A stretch of 61,048 bases of DNA from an uncultured Verrucomicrobiota bacterium. Lineage in GTDB: Bacteria > Verrucomicrobiota > Kiritimatiellia > RFP12 > UBA3636. Location of the stretch: positions 1 through 61,048 of the forward strand of contig CAMOSH010000002.1 in assembly GCA_946624575.1 (NCBI GenBank). The letters are read 5' to 3'. Under the pieces are notes generated by a model. That model was not told the DNA's origin and searched no databases. It saw only the letters and a list, made by a program, of their open reading frames with translations. Both the position numbers and the translations under genes were made by a program. The number at the start of each line of letters is the position of its first letter. The stretch's first letter is position 1. Shown one piece after another: positions 37,624 to 43,975 of this stretch.

Positions 37624-37657
37624 ACCGGCCCCCATGGTCTCGCCGTTGGGGGCCGGT
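37624..37657 (-). terminator. Intra-operon stem-loop after precursor A (partial terminator or mRNA-stabilising hairpin)
   Basis: ccggccccc (37625-37633) pairs with gggggccgg (37648-37656), plus an A-T closing pair, around a 14-nt loop. It starts 9 nt after the TAA of precursor A. Only a weak U-rich tail follows (UGUAUU). Confidence 0.5.
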
Positions 37658-37665
37658 CATCATGA

Positions 37666-37845
37666 TTACATGTATTTTCCGCCGCAACTTGTCGAACAGC
37701 TGTTGCTGCAACCTTCTTCGCAAGAGTTTCCGCAACCCCAGCAACTGGATTCCGATTCAAATTCCGTTTCAACGGCTTGAATTTCGGAATCGAGCGATGA
37801 CGCAAATGCGTCAACAGCGGCCATGATTTCGTCGTTCAGTTTCAT
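37666..37845 (-). CDS. Cys-ladder precursor-like peptide A (59 aa, 6 Cys)
   Basis: The sequence is MKLNDEIMAAVDAFASSLDSEIQAVETEFESESS-CWGCGNSCEEGCSNSCSTSCGGKYM. AGGA lies 5 nt upstream of ATG 37845. It is the tail of track ORF 37666..38007, whose 5' part overlaps the upstream gene. Confidence 0.75.
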   Translation of the reverse strand: MKLNDEIMAAVDAFASSLDSEIQAVETEFESESSCWGCGNSCEEGCSNSCSTSCGGKYM

Positions 37846-37925
37846 CTTTATCCTTTCATTTTTCCTGCCCGTTTTCAAAAGCGAACTGGATGGGCAAATT
37901 CCAATTCGCAAACATTCGGTTTCCG

Positions 37926-38684
37926 TCACCTGACCCAACCGCGGCCGGAACAAACGGAACATGACTGCTGCATGGTACGCCATCCCCTGCCGTTGCATTT
38001 CAGACACGGAAGGCTTTCAGGAAGGCGGTTGCCGCCGAACAACCCGTTCACGATCGGCATTGCCGGGGATGACAGCACACCGTCCCCGTCGCATTGTTCG
38101 CATCTGACATCGACTGTCTGACGTCCGGTGCCATTGCAGTACCCGCACTGCATCGCCGGTTCAAGGGAGCCTCGTTCAGGGAACATCCACCCCGGATCGG
38201 CGTCCCATCTCCCTTCCTGCGCGGCGCTTCGTATGTGCCGATGCTTCTTGTGGCGCGCTCCCACCTGCCACCGGCAACTGGCTTCGAACCGCCGAACCGC
38301 CTCCACGGCGGAGTTCATCAGAGCCGGGGCGGCAATGAAGTCGTCCCGGTCTATCGCCCGGTTGAGTTTTCGCACTGCGGATCGAGCCGCATTCGCCGCA
38401 GGGCGATCAAATGAGTATCCGCCTTCGGCACGCGCATCGATGCGCTTCTCAAGCTCTGACGCCTGAAATACGAATGTCTCCTTTGCTCCGGCCCCCCAGT
38501 CCAGGGCCAGCTGACGCTGCTCCGGCGTCATCCTTTCGGGATGACGCATGGCCTTTTCGCTTTCAGTTCGGCCCTCTGACGCACGTTCGACCGCCGCGCG
38601 CAGCGAATCCACGGTGAAGGATCCATCGGACAAATACCACCAAAAACCGAAAAACGCGATTGCTACTAAGAACAATGTCTTCAT
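37926..38684 (-). CDS. Membrane-anchored protein with a DnaJ-type cysteine-rich zinc-finger domain (4 x CxxCxGxG)
   Basis: Has an N-terminal TM segment (TLFLVAIAFFGFWWYL). The C-terminus carries CGYCNGTG, CEQCDGDG, CLKCNGRG and CSVCSGRG. There is no J-domain. Confidence 0.75.
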   Translation of the reverse strand: MKTLFLVAIAFFGFWWYLSDGSFTVDSLRAAVERASEGRTESEKAMRHPERMTPEQRQLALDWGAGAKETFVFQASELEKRIDARAEGGYSFDRPAANAARSAVRKLNRAIDRDDFIAAPALMNSAVEAVRRFEASCRWQVGARHKKHRHIRSAAQEGRWDADPGWMFPERGSLEPAMQCGYCNGTGRQTVDVRCEQCDGDGVLSSPAMPIVNGLFGGNRLPESLPCLKCNGRGWRTMQQSCSVCSGRGWVR

Positions 38685-38716
38685 GAAGATGTCATTGCAA
38701 TGGAACCGTTCATCCG

Positions 38717-39382
38717 TCAGAAAATGGCATTGCGGAACGCCGCATCGGCGCGCTCCCGTTCGGCCGCCTCGGCTGCGGCGGCATTTCTCGCGACAAGATC
38801 GAGTTCCCGGGCCTTTTCCGCCGTCCAGGACATTTGACGAGCTGCGGCTCCGGCGTTGTCCTCCAGCATTGCGGACACGAGCGACGCATCGAGCTGGTCC
38901 AGGCGGGACTGTGTTCTGGCGCGCCCCTCCGCCAGCTGCGCGTAGTGCCGATCAGCGGCGACTGTACCGCCCATCCGCGTCACGAGGTCGCGCCGCTGGG
39001 CCAGAATTGAATCCCACCGGACAAGCTGCGCCTTCAAATTCGCCCGCGACTGGGATACGGCCGTCTTGAATTCCGGTCTCCGGGCAAGATATGCGTTGAT
39101 TTCGCGCTCGCGCTGCGTGGCGTTCCACGAATTGAGCCTCGTCATCCCGGAAGAATATCCGGAACCTGTCATGACGCGCGATGTCTGCACCGAGGAAATC
39201 GGCGGCGCGGACTGCGACGTCTGCCATCCGCCGCCATAGCCGCCCTGGGACATTCCACGATTGGCGACCGGATACGCTCCATACATGTCGGCGCATCCGG
39301 ACACAAGAAAAATCGCGCAACCGACAATCACCAGAACGGAAGGGCGGGCGACGACAGTCAAAAATCCGACGCGCGTGTTCAT
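38717..39382 (-). CDS. Lipoprotein with Gly/Ser-rich linker and coiled-coil C-terminal half
   Basis: Has a lipobox (IFLVSGC). Its start shares an ATGA overlap with the upstream stop codon. There is no recognised family. Confidence 0.6.
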   Translation of the reverse strand: MNTRVGFLTVVARPSVLVIVGCAIFLVSGCADMYGAYPVANRGMSQGGYGGGWQTSQSAPPISSVQTSRVMTGSGYSSGMTRLNSWNATQREREINAYLARRPEFKTAVSQSRANLKAQLVRWDSILAQRRDLVTRMGGTVAADRHYAQLAEGRARTQSRLDQLDASLVSAMLEDNAGAAARQMSWTAEKARELDLVARNAAAAEAAERERADAAFRNAIF

Positions 39383-40191
39383 GGCGCAAAAGCCCTCGAC
39401 TTCAAGTCTTCGTCCGTCGGATCGCGCGTCCCCTGTTCCTTAATCTCCGTGATGCCGACGCTGATCTGTCCGGGCAGCGAGGTCAGTTTTCCGGTGTCGC
39501 GGCCTTCCTCCTCGACGCCCTTCGAGATTTTATTGGCTTCGACCAGCGGAGATATCGCTTCAAGCTGGAACAGCGTGCCTTCCAGCAATTCGACATATTC
39601 CCTAATCTTCCGTTCGTTCTCCCTGGCCGCGCCGGGAACGCGCGACAACTTGTCCACTTGCGCGCCAATGGCGTCGGCGCGGGCGCGAATGTCGGCGGCG
39701 GCCACCAGAAGATCGTGCTTCGTCTGATATACGAAATTGCCGACCTGCACGGGATATGACGCAGCCGGATCTTCGACAATGAGTTTCGCCTCGCCAAGGA
39801 CACGCCGCAGTCCCGCCTGTTGTGCCTTGAGTTCCTCCACGTTGCGGTCCGTTCCCTCCCGCGATCCGATCGCACGAATGCGCAACGCCTCAAGCGCTTC
39901 TATTTTCGCAAGTATCTTTTCGCGGGCGACTCTCTGCATTTTTTCTGGCTGGGTCCGGATTTCACGCAAGGAAAAGCCCAGAAGATTTTCAATTTCATTC
40001 GTGAAGCCGGACTTTGTCGCAAGTTCACTTTCTTCGTATTCTTCGTCCTGCGCGGCTTCCAGCCCGGCCTTTTCGCGCAGGTGGCTTCCGGCGGCCTTCA
40101 CGATGTCGCCCATGCCAAGCACGTCGAGAAGGACGCACACGATCAGAACCGCGCCGCACGCGATGGCGACGTTGAGAAAGATTCTGTTCAT
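39379..40191 (-). CDS. TM-anchored coiled-coil protein (paralog 2)
   Basis: Has an N-terminal TM segment (IFLNVAIACGAVLIVCVLL). The central block ASYPVQVGNFVYQ resembles ARFPVTVGDYRYD of the upstream gene. There are ATGA overlaps at both ends. Confidence 0.6.
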   Translation of the reverse strand: MNRIFLNVAIACGAVLIVCVLLDVLGMGDIVKAAGSHLREKAGLEAAQDEEYEESELATKSGFTNEIENLLGFSLREIRTQPEKMQRVAREKILAKIEALEALRIRAIGSREGTDRNVEELKAQQAGLRRVLGEAKLIVEDPAASYPVQVGNFVYQTKHDLLVAAADIRARADAIGAQVDKLSRVPGAARENERKIREYVELLEGTLFQLEAISPLVEANKISKGVEEEGRDTGKLTSLPGQISVGITEIKEQGTRDPTDEDLKSRAFAP

Positions 40192-41042
40192 TTCGATTTG
40201 ACTCCCTGTTTGTTGCGTTTGAAAATGTCGTCGAGCGACTCCGCCTTTTTTGCCGATTCCGAAGGTTTCGGAGCGCTCTTTTTGGAAATCTCCCTGACTC
40301 CGTCCAGCAGGTTTGCGATGCCGTCGCGGGCGCCGTCAGCGGCCTTCTTCGCCTCGTCGGCCCTCAAGGTCTCCAGCTCCAGCGGCAGCGATTCAATCTG
40401 GACTTCCAGGTCCGCAAGCGTCTCCCCGAGGAATGCGTCCAGCGCGTCCGCCCGCAGCAGATTGTTGGAATGAACCGCCATGGCCTTCTCCGATTTTCGA
40501 ATCGTGGCGTCCGCCCCGCGCACGGCGTTGGTGAAGTCCGGTCCGTCGTATCTGTAGTCGCCAACAGTGACGGGAAAACGCGCCCCCCGCGACAATTCGG
40601 CCTCCGCGCCGGAAAGAAACGCCCTGCTAGCGTCAAGTGCGGTGGACTCCTCCTTGATCAGGCGCTCAAGTCTGCTTTTTTCAAGCCGCGCCCCGAACTG
40701 CGCGTCAAGCAAGTCTTCACGCAAGGACGACATCATTGTACGGCAGTGTTCCAGATATGCGATCGGATACCGGCGAATGTTTCCGGCCGTCCACTCCTCA
40801 TTTTCGCGCCGCTTCAGTTCAAGAAGCTTCTCCTTGACCACATCCGGAGCGTCGTCGGACTCCAAGTCCGAAGATTCGGCATTGCCGGCCGTCCGCGTGC
40901 CGTCGCGCGTTGCGCGCCCGGAATCGGATGCGGAATTCGTGCGCGACTTTCCGCCCGGCGCAAGAAGCACCACAAGCGCGACAGCGACCGCCAGTCCGAC
41001 AAGGAACGAGCCAAGTGAAAATCCGCCATCTGATGTTTTCAT
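40188..41042 (-). CDS. TM-anchored coiled-coil protein (paralog 1)
   Basis: Has an N-terminal TM segment (FSLGSFLVGLAVAVALVVLLA), an acidic linker and a coiled coil with the RFPVTVGDYRYDGPDF block. Confidence 0.6.
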   Translation of the reverse strand: MKTSDGGFSLGSFLVGLAVAVALVVLLAPGGKSRTNSASDSGRATRDGTRTAGNAESSDLESDDAPDVVKEKLLELKRRENEEWTAGNIRRYPIAYLEHCRTMMSSLREDLLDAQFGARLEKSRLERLIKEESTALDASRAFLSGAEAELSRGARFPVTVGDYRYDGPDFTNAVRGADATIRKSEKAMAVHSNNLLRADALDAFLGETLADLEVQIESLPLELETLRADEAKKAADGARDGIANLLDGVREISKKSAPKPSESAKKAESLDDIFKRNKQGVKSK

Positions 41043-41066
41043 TTTCCTGATTTCTCCCTAAAACTG

Positions 41067-41879
41067 TCACCGAGTTGAAAACAGCGCCGAAAGGCATCGG
41101 AACATCGCGTAGAGCACGACATCGAGAATCAAGGCGAAAGTCAAAGTCGCGTGCATCACGAAAAGAGCGGGACGAATTCGATCAAACCCCGTCGCAAACG
41201 CCAAATCGACCACGGGAACGCAATTGCCCAGAATGACAATCGCGCAAATCGCCACGAGTCCAACCCACATGCCCTGCAAGTCAGGTCCGCTGAGAGTGAT
41301 CTCGGACGCCACGCAGACTATCAGCCACGCAAGAAGGACATCGCGGAATCCATGCCAGCGCAAAAACGAAAAAGCGGTTTTCGCGAACAGCGCGGCTGAG
41401 GTCACGACGGACTGCACATACGGCGCGAACTCGCGCGGGGCCTCCGACGCGCCGGACAGCGCGGCGAACGGAGATGCCCCGACAAGCATACGAACGAGCA
41501 GAAGAATGACCGCGCCGCCAAACCAGACCGGGCCGGTAGCGATAACAAAGTCCCCGGCGCGGCCGGGCAGCGTCCGGGAAACCGAATGTTTCACCCAGCC
41601 AAGCGTGACGCCGCCGTCAGGCGACGCGACAGGGCGAAATGGAACGAATTCGTATATCTTCCTGCCAGTCGCCAGACACCCAAGTGCGTGACCCGTCTCA
41701 TGGCAGGCCACGCCTGGAGCGACCAGGTAGAAATACTTGAGATGCAACCGCCAGAACCCCAGATTTCTTATCGCGGTACTGACCAGATACAGCGCCCACG
41801 CTAGCGCGAATGTCAGCCCGAACAGCCAAAAGAGCTGTTCTAGCGCCGTTGCAAGCGAAACTGCTATGTACTGGAGCAT
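41067..41879 (-). CDS. Polytopic membrane protein with an HExxH zinc-metalloprotease motif (M50/DUF3267-like)
   Basis: Contains PGVACHETGHALGCLATG and about 6 hydrophobic segments. It is the first gene of the operon. Confidence 0.6.
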   Translation of the reverse strand: MLQYIAVSLATALEQLFWLFGLTFALAWALYLVSTAIRNLGFWRLHLKYFYLVAPGVACHETGHALGCLATGRKIYEFVPFRPVASPDGGVTLGWVKHSVSRTLPGRAGDFVIATGPVWFGGAVILLLVRMLVGASPFAALSGASEAPREFAPYVQSVVTSAALFAKTAFSFLRWHGFRDVLLAWLIVCVASEITLSGPDLQGMWVGLVAICAIVILGNCVPVVDLAFATGFDRIRPALFVMHATLTFALILDVVLYAMFRCLSALFSTR

Positions 41880-41885
41880 GGGGCT

Positions 41886-41966
41886 GGCTTTCTTTCCGCC
41901 CCGGGGTCCTCGTCCGGGGACTGGGGCGAAAAGAAAGCCTCCCGGCGTTGTTTCACAGGAGGCTTT
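41886..41966 (-). promoter_or_regulatory. Two mutually overlapping strong stem-loops immediately 5' of the operon's first start codon
   Basis: Hairpin Y spans 41886-41939. Its arms are ggctttctttccgcccc / ggggcgaaaagaaagcc with an inner stem, giving about 22 bp. It ends 6 nt before the ATG and contains the only purine-rich SD-like tract (GGAAAGAAAG). Hairpin X pairs aaagcctcc (41934-41942) with ggaggcttt (41958-41966). X and Y share 6 nt and so cannot both be fully formed. Confidence 0.55.
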
Positions 41967-41975
41967 AGGAAGGCC

Positions 41976-42040
41976 TGGTCAGAAATAACGAAGAGAGGCG
42001 CGCATGATGCGCGCATCCCTGCCGCTTTTCCGTCTGACCA
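41976..42040 (-). promoter_or_regulatory. Leader stem-loop with central 17-nt palindrome
   Basis: tggtcaga (41976-41983) pairs with tctgacca (42033-42040). The apex holds the palindrome gcgcgcatgatgcgcgc (41998-42014). Confidence 0.45.
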
Positions 42041-42172
42041 AGAAGGTTCCTACATTTCCCGTGACGGTTGCATTGGCAAGAATGCAAGTTCAATTGTCGT
42101 CCCGCGTCTGCGATCTGTCGACCGTTTCGACGTGACACCCCAAGGATTGCACAGTTCCGCGACAATTTCAAG

Positions 42173-42201
42173 AAAAAAAAATGACAGAACAAATAATGTC
42201 A
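42173..42201 (-). terminator. Weak hairpin plus U9 tract after comM
   Basis: On the minus strand, tgaca-N10-tgtca is followed by ttttttttt. The stem is only 5 bp and overlaps the stop codon. Confidence 0.35.
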
Positions 42202-43845
42202 GTCGAAAAGGGAGCGATCCAGCGAACGAAAACCGAGCGCCTCATGCAAATCCGGGAGCTCGATTTCAGCGTGCCCGGCCAGATCGGCGACCGTGCGCGC
42301 AACCTTGAGAATGCGATCGTGTGACCGCGGACTGAACTTCATGTCGTTGATGGCCACGTTCATCGCGGCCAGGCATTCACCGGACAGATGGCAGTGGCGC
42401 TCCACGTCGCGGCGGTCCATGGCGGCGTTCGTGCGGGGGCCGGAGCGTCCGGCAAAGCGGCGCGCCTGAATCGCGCGGGCGGCGCACACGCGCTCGCGCA
42501 TCGACGCGGAACTCTCCCCGGCAGGAATGCTTTGCAAATCCTGGAGCCGGCTCGCCGCCACGGGGATGTGCAGATCTATGCGATCGAGAAGCGGACCGGA
42601 AATGCGCGAGCGGTAGCGCTGTATCTGGGTGCGAGTGCAGCGGCATGGCCTGTACGGATCGCCGTAATGCCCGCACGGGCAGGGATTCATGGCGGCCACC
42701 AGCATGAAACGGCTGGGGAAACGCGCGGTGCCGGATGCGCGGGAAATGGTCACGAAACCGTCCTCCAGCGGCTGACGCATCACTTCGAGGGCGCTTCTGG
42801 AAAATTCCGGAAGCTCGTCGAGAAATAGGACTCCCAGGTGGGCGAGCGTGACTTCCCCGGGGGCAGGATGCGCACCGCCGCCGACAAGCGCCACATCCGA
42901 GACCGTATGATGCGGCGAACGGAACGGACGCGTCGAAAGCAACGCCGTGCCGGCCGGCAAAAGCCCCGCGATGGAATGTATCTTCGTAGTTTCGATCGAT
43001 TCCTCCGGAGAAAGCGGCGGCAGAATCGATGGAATGCGGCGCGCGAGCATGGACTTGCCTGTGCCTGGCGGTCCGACGAGGAGAATGTTGTGCCCGCCGG
43101 CGACCGCGACCTCGATTGCCCGCTTTGCCATTTCCTGGCCCTTGACATCGACGAAATCCAGCGCGTCGCCCCGGTCCGCCGCAGCCATGAAGCGCTCGGG
43201 ATCGGCACGAAGAGGCACCACCGCGCCTCCAGCGACGCCGACGAGCAGATCATACGCCTGACGCAGGGAAGAGACCGGGTATACATCGATGCCGCGCACG
43301 ACCGACGCCTCCGCCGCATTGTCCGCGGGCACGATGAACGACTTGGCACCGGCGTCGCGCAGACTGGCCACAAGTGGCAGGACGCCGCGAACGGGGCGGA
43401 CGGCGCCGCCAAGAGAAAGCTCGCCAACCACGGCGGTTTCCTCGGGAAGCAACCGGGGCGAAGCGCCGGTCGCGCCAGTCGCGCCAGTTCCACCAGTCGC
43501 GCCGGTTCCACCAGCCGCGCCAGTACCAAACGGCGCCAGCGGCTTTTGCGCCAGCGGATCCTCCGCCGCCAGAAGCATGGCCAGGGCGATTGGCAAGTCG
43601 AAGAGGGAACCTTCCTTGTGAACGTCGGCAGGGGCAAGATTCACCGTGACGCGACAGTCGAAAGGCTCGAAACCCGAATTCTGAATGGCCGTCGAGACAC
43701 GGTGCTGGCTTTCGCGGACAGACGCGTCCGGCAACCCCACCGTGACAGTCATCGGATCGCCGGACATGGAGACATCGGCCTCAACCAGGACCGGAACGGC
43801 GTCCACACCGGCCAGAGCGCCGGATCTAAGGCGAGCAAACGACAT
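42199..43845 (-). CDS. comM: Mg-chelatase-family AAA+ protein YifB/ComM
   Basis: Starts MSFARLRSGALAGVDAVPVLVEADVS. It has GPPGTGKSMLA (Walker A), VLFLDELPEF (Walker B) and a C-terminal Mg_chelatase_C-like end. Confidence 0.9.
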   Translation of the reverse strand: MSFARLRSGALAGVDAVPVLVEADVSMSGDPMTVTVGLPDASVRESQHRVSTAIQNSGFEPFDCRVTVNLAPADVHKEGSLFDLPIALAMLLAAEDPLAQKPLAPFGTGAAGGTGATGGTGATGATGASPRLLPEETAVVGELSLGGAVRPVRGVLPLVASLRDAGAKSFIVPADNAAEASVVRGIDVYPVSSLRQAYDLLVGVAGGAVVPLRADPERFMAAADRGDALDFVDVKGQEMAKRAIEVAVAGGHNILLVGPPGTGKSMLARRIPSILPPLSPEESIETTKIHSIAGLLPAGTALLSTRPFRSPHHTVSDVALVGGGAHPAPGEVTLAHLGVLFLDELPEFSRSALEVMRQPLEDGFVTISRASGTARFPSRFMLVAAMNPCPCGHYGDPYRPCRCTRTQIQRYRSRISGPLLDRIDLHIPVAASRLQDLQSIPAGESSASMRERVCAARAIQARRFAGRSGPRTNAAMDRRDVERHCHLSGECLAAMNVAINDMKFSPRSHDRILKVARTVADLAGHAEIELPDLHEALGFRSLDRSLFD

Positions 43846-43863
43846 GGCGAACGTGAATTAGGA

Positions 43864-43891
43864 GTCGAAAGTCAAAAGTCGAAAGTCGAAA
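43864..43891. repeat. Tandem 7-bp repeat GTCGAAA/GTCAAAA x4 (TTTCGAC on the comM coding strand)
   Basis: Read as gtcgaaa gtcaaaa gtcgaaa gtcgaaa. It lies 18-46 nt upstream of the comM ATG. Confidence 0.9.
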
Positions 43892-43900
43892 ACATCCACA

Positions 43901-43943
43901 GCGCAAAAATTTCGGGCGGCCCGGCGATGAAGCCGGGCCGCCC
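43901..43943 (-). terminator. Rho-independent terminator of the pilus-like/secretin operon
   Basis: A perfect 12-bp stem, gggcggcccggc (43914-43925) / gccgggccgccc (43932-43943), with a 6-nt loop. On the minus strand it is followed by GAAAUUUUU. It lies 33 nt after the secretin stop codon. Confidence 0.65.
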
Positions 43944-43975
43944 GGAGCCGGATGGCGGTTTACAACTGACGGAAA

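Noticed and set aside
34354-42198. Calling the island a defined mobile element (prophage, ICE or transposon).
   Set aside because: No integrase, transposase, recombinase or phage genes are present, and no tRNA sits at the border (the only tRNA is at 19491-19567). Only compositional and repeat evidence exists, so it is reported as a finding rather than as a mobile_element feature.
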